From assembly GCF_016432865.1 (NCBI RefSeq), contig NC_067402.1, positions 102,982,001 through 103,046,000 on the forward strand: DNA of 64,000 nucleotides. The letters run 5' to 3'. This stretch comes from Antechinus flavipes (taxonomy: Eukaryota). Both the position numbers and the translations under genes were made by a program. Below are positions 35,380-46,325 of the stretch, one piece after another; the first letter of the stretch is position 1, and each line of letters begins with the position of its first letter. Below the pieces are notes generated by a model. The model saw only the letters and a list, made by a program, of their open reading frames with translations. It made no database searches and was not told where the DNA came from.

Positions 35380-38295
35380 TTACTGTAAAAAATAACTAGA
35401 TAGGTATCCAGGTCAATGAGCAAAAAGATGGAGAATTAGACATTTCCCCTGATATTCATGATGTTTCAAACTTCTCCAAAACATAAATTATGAGACAAGT
35501 AGCTGCATCCATGGTCTAGGACACCCAGAATCCAAAATAAGGTACTCTCCCCCCCAGTGACCTATAGGAACTGATGCTTATTGAATCCGAGCTCACTCAG
35601 CACTTTTTTCCCATCTTCCATGCTACTGGAAGGGCAAAGCAAAGGGCATGATGCTGTGCTGGGAGATCCTGCCTCCAGTCTGCGCAGTTTTGTTCCAGCT
35701 TTGAGAGACTCTCAGGGGCAAAAACCTTGTGGGGGCTGCAACTTGGAAGCACCTTTGTTGCAAAACTGCTGGTGTTAGAATGGAAGAACAGAGGGAGTAT
35801 GACGGGTCACCAGAACGAGACACCGAGCATGTGGGGAGCTGTGTAGAATTCCTCCGAGCCTGAGGGAAAGAGCTGGGGTCAGTTCTGATCATCCAAAAGT
35901 CAGTCGGGGCAGAGACCCAGGCTGCTGAACCATGAATTGCCCGGTGTGGGAGGAGGCTGAGACACTTTGAAATTCAGGCCCCATGGGAACCATCATCAGA
36001 AGAGATGGTGTCAGGAAGTGAGGGATAAGAAAAATAAAGGGAGAAAAAGACAGAAAAATATCAAAGATTTCAGGGAGAAGAAAACTCAAAGACCTCGAAA
36101 ATAAACAGATAAATCAGCAGGAAAACAGTAACAATAGAATGAAATATGGCCTCCAGATCCAGTAAATGCATTCAGACATATATGAATAAATGCTGCAAAA
36201 AAAGGAAAATGATCTAGCACTTGATGAGATATAGGACTCTGTGGAATTTGAGGAGAATATGGAAACACAACACAGTATTCCTGAGTGTTTTAAAAGAGAA
36301 ATGAAAATTTGGAGCATAGAATTTTTGTCCTGCACAGGTAATAATAATAATTAATAATAATAATAAACAGAATAGAAAAATTTGAATAGGCCGAACTTTA
36401 ATCTCACCAGAGAAACAAAAGAAATAACAATAGTTTGGGAATGTAATTACACAGAAGTGAAGGATAACCTAGAAAAAGAGAATCAAGAAAATGTACATTT
36501 ATAAAGAAATCTCTTACTGGTCTCTCTATTGTCACATCTTTTGCAGTTCTTTTGTTTGGAGTGTTTGAGAGGCAAATAATCTCTTCAATTCTGATTTTCT
36601 TTTTTAAAACATTTCAAATTCTATGTATTGGTATAGTACAACATTATTCCTCACATGGGCAGTTGAGTAGTATAATGGATAGGGCACTAGACCTGGAGTC
36701 GGAAGGATATGAGTTCAAATGTGCTCTCAAATCCTTACTAGCTGAATGGCAAGTCACTTAGTTACTCCTGTTGATCTCAGTTTTCTCATCTGAAAAACGC
36801 ATTGGAGAAGGAAATGGCAAACTACTGCAGTATCTCAAATCAGGTCACCAAAAGTCAGATATGTCTGAAATGACTGAACACCCACTAGAAAAAGCAGGGA
36901 ATGGAATAATGTGTTCTGAAGAGGAAGGGAGTTCAGGAAGCAGCCTAGAGTGACTTACTTACAAATCTGAACTTAAGGATGTAAGGAAAAAGATGAATGT
37001 TCAATAATTTTATAAAGGTATTTGAAACATTTTAGAAAGAAAACTAGAATTGAAGAGATTATTGCCTCTCAAACACTCTAAACAATAGGATGCCAAAAGG
37101 AGTGAATAAATGCAACAAAGACAATAACAGCAGCAGAGAGACAACAGAGAGCAGAGACTTCTTTCTAAATGTATACAAGGAGATAGGGGTGAAGTCAGAA
37201 ATTTGATAGAGGGAACAATGGTGAGGTTGACAAGGGGATTATGGATAGAACCTGGCAATACTGCCTCAGGGCAGCAGGGGTGAGGGGAAGAGAAGCAGTG
37301 GGAATAGGGCCACTTGAAAAATATATTAAAGTAAAATAACTGAAGGAACAAAATGTTGTGTTTACAGCAGAAGAGGGAACTTGAAACTGAAAAGCTTCTG
37401 CACAGACATTATTGCATCTAGGCTAAGAAGGTAATGGTTGAATGGAAAAAATAAATCTTTGTATCAAATTTCCTTGACAAAGGTTTGGTACCCAAGACAT
37501 ATATGCAATTATTTGAAAGTATTACATACATTCATATATACATATATATGCATATATATGTAACTAATAGCCATTCCTAATACATCAAGGGTCAAAGGAT
37601 ATGAACTAAGAATTCTCAAAAGGATTGTATTTAGAGCAACATGAAATAAATATTCCAAATCATTAAATCAAAACAACCCTGAGATTTTACCTTACATCCT
37701 GTAAATTGGTAAAAATGACCACAAAATGACAATGGTCAATGTTGGAGAGATTATGAAAAGATAGGCACATCAATGAATTATTGGAAGAACTATCAAGAGG
37801 TACAACCAATTTGGAAAACACTTTGACATTATGCAAATAAAGTAAATAAAATATCTATTTCCTTTGAACCTGAATCTAACCGCTTTGCCATTACTGAGCT
37901 TTACACCCCAAGGAAGTCATTGAGAAGAAAAAAGTCTCCATATACTCTAAAATATTTATAGCAGCACATTTTATGATACTTAATACTGGAAACAAAGTTG
38001 ATGCCCATCTTTTGCGGAATGGCTAATCTAATTATGGTACTTAAATATAATTAAATCTTACTGTGTTGTAAAAAATGATGTGTGGGATGAATAAAGTAAG
38101 GACAGATCTAGATGAACTGATACAAAGTGAAGTAAGCAGAATCAAGAAAACCATATACACAATAACCACAACAAGGTTAATGGAAAGATCTTCCCCAAAT
38201 CTGGGTAAATGTAAGAAATGGGACTTGAATGAAAAGATATGAAAACCTTCCCCTTTGTGGAAATGGAAGGTTCACAGGTATTACACACTGCACAT
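35380..38295 (+). mobile_element. Old L1-related element (possible 5'UTR/ORF1-like segment, spacer, ORF2 C-terminus and 3'UTR), possibly HAL1-like, with a SINE inserted at about 36640-36890
   Basis: 37420-38200 reads as degraded L1 ORF2 3' end (atcaaaacaaccctgagattttaccttacatc, ctggaaacaaagttgatgccca). The upstream part is a GC-richer then A-rich sense-strand segment; its assignment is tentative. Confidence 0.5.
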
Positions 38296-38299
38296 GTTT

Positions 38300-40620
38300 A
38301 ACAGGTTAAACACAATTCTTTAGACATTGTCTGACCAGAGTACAGAGCAACTATCACCTCCTTTTCTCTGGAATTCATGCCTCCTTTATTGTAGTTCAAA
38401 ATCACATTAGCTTTTTGGGCTGCCACATCACACATCTGACTCATGCTGCCTCTACAGCCCACTAAAAACCAGAGATCTTTTTCAGACAAACTGCTCTCTG
38501 ATCCTTCCTTTCTCATTCTATTCCTAAGAATTTGAATTTTTGAAATGAGTGTAAGACTTTACATTTATATCTGGTGAATTTTATCTCATGGATTCATCCA
38601 ATGCTTTAGTCTGAGTCAAATACACAGTCTGGGGACTGCATGTGGACAATACTGCATTTAGGAAATATTTAATAAAATAAATAAGAATGCAAGATAGAAA
38701 ATGTTAAGATGTAGTTTTCTAAGTCAATATATGTTCCATTTTCATTCTTAGGTCCTGATTCTATTTGAGTTTTGACATCACTGATGGCCTATTAAAACCT
38801 TTTTAGAAACTGATTCTAATAACAGCCAACATCATATGGCACAGTAAATTAGACAAAGTTTATAAAGTATTTTGCTTATGACACCTGCATTAGGAAGGCA
38901 GTACATTTTCATTGATCAGAAAATAGCGAGTTGGAGAGGTTAGAAAAATTACCCAATGTTATATAATGAGTAAATGGAGGAACTAGATCTTTATGTTGGG
39001 TACCCATTTTCAAGTGTGTTCTTTCCCCTAACTCCACAGTCATCTGATCCTCCCCTCCCATCAAAGCAGAGATTTCTCTTGATTATTCCTAACATTCTTC
39101 CCAACTCCCTTTTTTCATTTTGGAAGTTAAGGGACAGTTTATAAAATGATAGATCTCAGCGTTGGAGCCACAGAGACTATCCAGGTCAACAAGCATACTG
39201 GGCTACCTTTGTCTTGTCACAGGACTCTGATGACCGGAGGAGAGAGCAAGACTGCAGAAAAAGCATTTGATAAAATCCAAATCCATTCCTAATAAAAACA
39301 CTTGAGAGTATAGGAATAAATGGACTTTTCCTTAAAATAGCCAGAAGCACATATTTAAAACCATCAGTAAGCATCATATGCAATGGGGAAAAACTGGAAC
39401 CTTTCCCAGTAAGATCTGGAGTGAAGCAAGGTTGCCAATTATCACCATTATTATTCAATATTTTATTAGAAACAGACACAGTTCTTCCTCACTCAAATTC
39501 AATTCCCGTTCAAGTCAAGACATCATGCTCATGATGTCATTGGTCCTCTTGGAGAACCTTCTCTATAATACTTAGAATTTGCTGGAAGACTTTAAATAGA
39601 GGAAATTCTTTACTCCCAGTACAACCCATTCTACAACTCTTAATGTTAAGAAGTTTTTTTCTCACAGTGAACCAAGAATCTGACTGCAATTTTCACTTGA
39701 CTTTGGTATTGTTCTCTGGGGTCAAGAAGAACAAAATTACTCCTTCTACCATATGGCAATTGACAGGTCTCCTTCCCTTCTTCCCTTGTGTCTTTTTTAT
39801 TTTTTCTTCCAGTCTAAACATCTGTGGTTTCCTAAATTGATGCTCACATGGTATAGTTTCATTGCCCAGCTCCAATTTGTCCATTATCTTCCTGAAATAA
39901 GATGCCCAGAAATGAACACCAAATTCTAGATGAGCAGAGTAAAGTGCAGCACTTTCTGTGTAGTCTTTCATTTTAAAATTATATTAGATATTTTTATTTC
40001 TGTATCTTAGCATTTACTAATTTTGGACTTATAGTTTACTTTGTTTAGTGATGTCTTAGAAGATGATTTTTTGGCAACCTAAATCAAGGTCTTTATGTTT
40101 ATCTCTTAAATTTCACTTTATTAGATTTGGTCCATCATTTTAGCCTGTCAAGATTGTTTGGGATTCCAACTCTGTTGTTCCATGTGTTAGCAAATCCTTC
40201 TGGTTTTATGTCATTTGCACCTTTGAGGAGAATACTGTCTATGACTTTGTCCAGGTCATAGATGAACATGTTAAATTAACCTTGAGCCAATTATAAATCT
40301 TTGGGGGGCACTTCACCATTTGCAAGTTAACTTCCCTTTGGGTGTAGTCATTCAATCTTTTCCAAATTAACCTAATTGCATTAACATCTAGTCCATATGT
40401 CTAGCTGGTCCACATGGATAGTTTGAGAAAATTTCTCACAAATTTTGTTGAAATCCAGGTAAATTATGTCTTCCAAATTTTAATGATCTACCAATTGAGA
40501 GATCCTTCCAACAAAAATGAAATTAAATCAGTAGGGCATGTCCAGTTCCTACCAAAGCCATACTAGCATACTGCTACTTCCCTTTCTAAATGTTTGCCAG
40601 CCATCTTTTAAAATGGTCTA
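38300..40620 (-). mobile_element. CR1/L3 fragments, antisense, interrupted by younger repeats
   Basis: atcacattagctttttgggctgccacatcacac, tccaatttgtccattatcttcctgaaataagatgcccagaaatgaacaccaaattctag and gaaatccaggtaaattatgtc. Confidence 0.65.
39253..39472 (+). mobile_element. Internal L1 ORF2 reverse-transcriptase fragment embedded in an RTE-tail remnant (about 39165-39557)
   Basis: Translates, with one frameshift, as AEKAFDKIQ/..FLIKTLESIGINGLFLKI...NGEKLEPFPVRSGVKQGCQLSPLLFNILLE. No poly(A) and no TSD seen. Confidence 0.88.
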
Positions 40621-42145
40621 GAATAAGGACTCCTTTGGCAGTTTGCTGATGCCCACTGAATCCTCAGAATAATGTTTGCAAACAATTGAAAGAAATGATA
40701 AATTTCAGTTAGAAGTCATTGAAAATAAAGAGGTATTTTTTTTACATCTAAATTTTCCCTATCTAAATCCACAGACTTTCTGAATTCTATCCATGGTTAA
40801 GAACTGCGGTCTAGAATTTTGCCAGACTAAATTGACCAGGGTAAGGATCATTCTCAATCAGGCCTTTATAGGAGCTATGTTTCTTTAGGGTTTTCCCACT
40901 TTGCAAATTACAGAGCTCCAAATCTTTTTCAACAATCGAGGCCTGACTAGAATTCTAAAATCCTTAAAGAAAAGGAAATCTGTTATACTCTATGACTCTG
41001 AGCTCCCGCTACCCGCGGGGAAATTACCTGCCTGCTGGGATCCAGCAGAAGAATAACTCTTCAGCTCTTTAGCCTTATCTCCCTACATTTAAATAGGAGG
41101 CTATCATGGCCATACCTGATGATGGCCACCTGACCAACTTCTAGGTAGTACCCTTAATTCCAGTTGTCAGCCAACTGCATTTACATCAACTCAGTTTCCT
41201 GTCTAGGCTGTCTTTCTGGTTATTTCTACACTGTCTCCTTTTTTGAAAAACCCAAAGTTTTGAAAAATCCCAAACAACAAGTAACACTCACCACCAGCCC
41301 TGGCCCTGATGATGATTCACCTTTTTAGGTTGATTCTCCCATGATTCTCCTCCTCCATCACAGACCACACACCTGGCTGACTCGCCTTCCTTAGGGCTGT
41401 ACCAAGAAGCCGTACATTTCCCCTAGGACAAGGAATTGGACTACTAACTGACATGTTAGTCCAGATAAGTTAAACTGGCTCATCCATTAATAACTTAGTA
41501 ATTGTAATCATGTAACCTCAAGTCTTCCAAAGGTCCATGGATCCATTTTCTTTGATCCTGTGAGTGTTTTCAGAAACATTTCCCAGTGATGAAAATATCT
41601 CGGGCTAGAATTCTGCAAGACGGGAAGCAGATGCTGAGATCCTGACCTTCTCACCTTCCTCTCAGGCTCTAACATCAATTTGCTTACAAGAAACCTGGCT
41701 TTTGGAAAATGAATTACCATTCAAGTACCCCCTCTGAGATATAAAATTCCATGATCGTAGGGAAGTCATTTAACTCATGAGTGCCCTAGGAAACCTTAAG
41801 ACTCTAAAGTACATAATAGTCAATCCACCTGCATTAGTAAGAGTTTTCTATATTACTGATTCTACTTTTTTCACTATCTTTATTCATGTAGTGTAATGGG
41901 CTGAGGCTTGAGTTGATGCACTGAGGTCCCAAGCACATGAGGCTAAATAGTAATTGGACCATACTCTATTAATAGATAAGCTTGGAGAGAGAATGGCCCC
42001 CACCCACTCTTTGTGCAAGTCCTGATGTGTTGTATAGGAAATGACGATTTTGGTGGGTGGAGGCAGGGGAGTGGAGAAGGAAGGGGAGGAGAGACTTTTG
42101 GGACGGCCATTGCCACAGTTGCCGACACAGTTGCCTCCATGGTTG

Positions 42146-42320
42146 CTGCCTCCACCCACCAAAATCGTCATTTCCTATACAACACATCAGGACTTGCACA
42201 AAGAGTGGGTGGGGGCCATTCTCTCTCCAAGCTTATCTATTAATAGAGTATGGTCCAATTACTATTTAGCCTCATGTGCTTGGGACCTCAGTGCATCAAC
42301 TCAAGCCTCAGCCCATTACA
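42146..42320 (-). mobile_element. Internal LTR U3 copy B (175 bp)
   Basis: Exact reverse complement of 41892-42066. PPT immediately upstream on the minus strand (from 42321). Confidence 0.92.
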
Positions 42321-42848
42321 TCTCCCGCTTTCTTTTGTTTTAGAACACAGGTGATCATGCCATCCCTGACTCCTCAGGGAGGTCAGAGCCCCCAAGGGGA
42401 GGTGATCACACCCTCCCTGATTTCTCAGGAAAGGAGGTGAAAGCACCGAAAAGGAAGTGATCACGACCCCCCTGACTTCTCAGGAAGGGAGGTGAAAGCA
42501 CTAAAAAGGAGATAATCACGCCCTCCCTGACATCTCAGGAAGGGAGATGAAAAGCACCAAAGGGAAGTGGGGGTTGCTAGCAGGTTTCTGGGCTCAAGGG
42601 TCTTATTATGCACAAACCCATCAGCATGGGAACACATAGCACATAGCAACAACGCAGAGACTATTAGTGATGACTCTCCCCACAGTCAGTGCAGGCTTGA
42701 TGTGTTATAACAAACATGAATTATGCACCCAAGTAACGGTATAACAAACAATATAAATCAACAGTATGATGTAAAAGATTGCCAGAAGTCCTAGAAGGAG
42801 AGTATGTAAACAGCAGTCACACATACACCTCTTCAGCAGCCAAGAGAT
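42321..42848 (-). mobile_element. ERV 3' internal (pre-LTR) segment ending in a PPT
   Basis: On the minus strand it runs into ...CTAAAACAAAAGAAAGCGGGAGA|TGTAATGGG. No ORF recognised. Confidence 0.75.
42351..42567. repeat. 51-55-bp tandem repeat (4 units) in the ERV internal segment
   Basis: Units start at 42351, 42402, 42457 and 42512 (gtgatcac..cc.ccctgacttctcagga..ggaggtgaaagcac..aaaagga). Confidence 0.9.
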
Positions 42849-43044
42849 TCCCCTTCCTTCTCCACTCCCCTGCCTCCACCCACCAAAATCGTCATTTCCT
42901 ATACAACACATCAGGACTTGCACAAAGAGTGGGTGGGGGCCATTCTCTCTCCAAGCTTATCTATTAATAGAGTATGGTCCAATTACTATTTAGCCTCATG
43001 TGCTTGGGACCTCAGTGCATCAACTCAAGCCTCAGCCCATTACA
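42849..43044 (-). mobile_element. Internal LTR U3 copy C (196 bp)
   Basis: Reverse complement of 41892-42087. The PPT and 82 bp of internal sequence are repeated at 43045-43126 (= 42321-42402, one mismatch). Confidence 0.92.
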
Positions 43045-43126
43045 TCTCCCGCTTTCTTTTGTTTTAGAACACAGGTGATCATGCCATCCCTGACTCCTCA
43101 GGGAGGTCAGAGCCTCCAAGGGGAGG

Positions 43127-43201
43127 AGATGGCTCAGTGGATAGAGCACTAGCCTTGAAGTCAAGAGGACCTGAGTTCAAATCCAGCCTCAGACACTTAA
43201 C
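43127..43201 (+). mobile_element. WSINE1/MAR-like SINE 5' fragment captured inside the ERV composite
   Basis: atggctcagtggatagagcactagccttgaagtcaagaggacctgagttcaaatccagcctcagacacttaac. No tail and no TSD of its own. Confidence 0.85.
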
Positions 43202-43459
43202 AAACAGAAAAAGTGACCTGAGCCAACCGTGGCAATGGCAATCCCAAAAGTCTCTCCTCCCCTTCCTTCTCCACTCCCCTGCCTCCACCCACCAAAATCG
43301 TCATTTCCTATACAACACATCAGGACTTGCACAAAGAGTGGGTGGGGGCCATTCTCTCTCCAAGCTTATCTATTAATAGAGTATGGTCCAATTACTATTT
43401 AGCCTCATGTGCTTGGGACCTCAGTGCATCAACTCAAGCCTCAGCCCATTACAATGTAG

Positions 43460-43780
43460 ATTTCTCATGTGTTTCTGAATTTCTCATATTTATCATTTCT
43501 TCCTGCACAATACTATTTCTATTCAAACTCCACAAGTTGTTCAGACATTCTGTAATCAATGAGTACCATTTTGTTTCTAGTATTTTGCTACCACACACAC
43601 ATAAATGCTACTCTGAATATTTTGGTACACACAAAACCTTTCTTTCTGTCTTTGGCTGTTGGGGGACATATGTGCCCAGTAATCTCAGAATCAAAGGGTT
43701 TGAAAAATATAGCGACTCCTCTTACATACTTATTGAGGTTCTATCTTACAATTACTTTTGAGAAGGAAAGTTACCAAAAG
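43460..43780 (-). mobile_element. Old antisense L1 3' fragment (target of the ERV composite)
   Basis: ccacaagttgttcagacattc...ttctagtattttgctaccac...gaatattttggtacac resembles antisense ORF2 end. Confidence 0.6.
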
Positions 43781-44948
43781 TATGGAAAAATTAATGAATA
43801 AGACTTTAATTTTGAACCAGAAACTCCCCTTGTCAGACAAGCAACTGTTCTGAAAATTGTACTCTGCAAGAGTTCCCCAGAGTTATGAAAAATTGAGTGA
43901 CTTGTCTAAAGTCCTAGGACTTAACCCAACTAGTATTTTGAAGGATTTGAAGATAAACTGATGTACCTACACTACACTTGGGTGATATAGGGGATAAAAT
44001 ACTGGGCCTAGAGACAGGAAGATCTGAATTCAGATATGTGTGTGGCCTTGGACAACTTAATAACTTAATAAAATTCTTCAGTTTCCTCAACTGTAAAATG
44101 GTAATAATAATAGAATGTACTTCAAACATGCAGCAAAATTCTTTTTCCTTGATTCTACCCTTCCCTGTTCTACCTTAGAGAAGGCTACCATTAGACTTCT
44201 TATATTTTCAAAAAGGATATACTTGGTCTGTATGTACAGCAATCTTATGAACATTTTATACAGATAAAAAAGTGATTGTTATTGTGAAGATCAAATGCTT
44301 AGCATGGTGCTTAAAATGTAGTAAGTGCTATATAAATACTAACCATTAATATTATTGCTTTTTAATATTTATTTTTTATATAATAGTGTTTTATTTTTCA
44401 AAATATGTACAGATAGTTTTCAACATTCACCCTTGCAAAACCTTGTGTTAAAAATTTTTTTCCCTCCCTTCCTTTTTCCTTCCACCCTCCTCTAGATAGC
44501 AAGTAATCTAATATAGGTTAAACATGTGCATATAAATATTATTGTTATTGTTATTATTACACCATGGCTATCATACACTGTCCCCTCCAAAAGAGAGGGC
44601 CCACATAAATGCCTGCTTTCTTATCGGTATAAAATGTTCATAAAAATGCTGTCCACACAGACCAAGTATATCCTTTTTGAAAATATAAGAAGTCTAATGG
44701 TAGCCATCTCTAGGGTGGGGCAGGAGAGGGTAGAAATAAAGGGAAAAGAAATTTACATGATAATTTTGCTATATATTTGAAAAGAATTGTGCTTTGTAGA
44801 TTTGCAATTTTATGTATGATCATCTTTTTATTGTACTGTTATGGGAATGCTCATTTTATTCTATAAATATGTATTAATGTAAAAAAGAGGAAAAGAAAGG
44901 TAAATTTTCTTCCCTCTTTTTACATATCTCCCCCTCCTCCCCAACATT

Positions 44949-45200
44949 GGGTCTTGTGAAGACTAAAAATGTAGCAGCCACTCACAGACCTTATCCCACT
45001 ACTGATCATCCTGGGAGCTTAACCTGTTCTGTTTCCAGCCCAGCCCAGCCTGATGGCCCCCATGTTCAAAGGCTCACCATACTGGGGCTAGGCCGTGTAG
45101 ACAACCACTTGGCTTTAGCCCTACTGCAGCTCAAAACTCCTAAGGTCAAGCAACCTGCCAGGTAGAGATTACAGACACGAACCACTCTGCCCCACCCAGC
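44949..45200 (-). pseudogene. 7SL (SRP) RNA retropseudogene
   Basis: Matches antisense 7SL: atcccactactgatca..gggag..t.acctg.tc.gtttcc, tcaccata, actcct..g.tcaagc, gattacag.cacg..ccac. Diverged, with CpG decay. Confidence 0.85.
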
Positions 45201-46140
45201 AATAGGTGAATTTTTATAAACAATTTTTTACAGCCAACCATATCTCTATAATTATACAATTATCTGGAAGATACAGAGAAGACAGGCTCCTGCTGCTATT
45301 TGTTTGCAAAAAAATACATTTGACCCAATAGAGCAAAGTGTAACTTCATAAACTTTATCCATGATCAAACCTTTAACCAACAAAGAACCCTGCTCTACTT
45401 TATCAAGATCATATAAATTACCTTGATAAATAGAACCACAGGAAGAACTTTGGTCAATGACCTCTCTGATGATCACTATGGAGGAAGGATTAAGAGATGG
45501 GGATATGTTTGCCAAGGGTGTTTGTTGCCTTCAGGGAGGATGCAGGTATGTCCAAGTCTGAGCTGAGATCCCTTTCACCTACACAAGCTCAGGATTTTAA
45601 ACCTTTTATAATCCAGCTGCAAAAATCAGAGCAGGCAGTAAGTTTGATGACAGAACCAGTTCTATTTACAAATAGTGTGAAACAGGATCATGTCCTAGTC
45701 TTTTTTTGTTTAAATTTATGTTTAAATGTCTTGGTATAATAATAATAATAATAGTAATAGCTAAAACTTTTATAGCATTTATTATGTGCCAGTCATTGTG
45801 CTAAGACTTTACAAATATTATCTCATTTGATCCTCACAACAATCCTGGAAGGTGAGTGCGATTATTATCCCTATTTTACAACTGAGGAAACTGAGGCAAA
45901 CAGAAGTTGAATGACTTACCCAGGCTCACACATTAGTAAATATCTAAGTCTGGATTTGAACTTGTCTTCCTGACTTCACTTTATCCACTGTACTTGGTAT
46001 TAGTAATTAGTATAATTACTAAAATTAGATAGATGTCTGCTATCTTTAGCAAATAGGAATATGAGTACTTTTCTTGAAGCAAACAGTTTTTGTTTTGTTT
46101 TATTTTAATTTAGAAAGGAGGCATCCAAGTATAGAGTAAA

Positions 46141-46325
46141 ACCCATCTTCTTAAACTGTGGGTCTCAGCCCCATATGGGGGTCTTTTAACTGAATGTGAG
46201 GGGCCACAAAACTATGATTTGTTATCATTAAATATATAATTTGTCTACTTATTTTATATATTTATATACCCAGGGTCACAGAAAAATTTCTTGGGTAAAA
46301 AGTGGAAAAAGTTTAACAAGTCCTA
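46141..46325 (+). mobile_element. hAT-like MITE
   Basis: cttcttaaactgtgggtc...ccccatatgggg...ctatgatttgttatca...agtggaaaaagtttaa; homologous to the host of the 34 kb L1. Confidence 0.65.

Larger units (their letters stand above)
41892..43453. mobile_element. Composite ERV-derived insertion with inverted LTR-U3 termini and a 6-bp TSD (fold-back provirus derivative, probably class II/betaretrovirus-like)
   Basis: Ends TGTAATGGG...CCCATTACA. Arms 41892-42121 and 43224-43453 are inverted (212 bp perfect, 3 mismatches in the last 18). ATGTAG at 41886-41891 and 43454-43459. Internal U3 copies are preceded (minus strand) by the polypurine tract AAAAGAAAGCGGGAGA. Confidence 0.85.

Noticed and set aside
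41884-43376. Many 60-100 aa ORFs with repeated peptides on both strands
   Set aside because: They are by-products of the repeated and inverted LTR copies; no gag, pol or env motifs are present.
41892-43453. Reading the composite as a classical DNA transposon with long TIRs
   Set aside because: The arms recur internally directly after a retroviral PPT and have TG...CA ends, and no transposase is present. LTR origin fits better.
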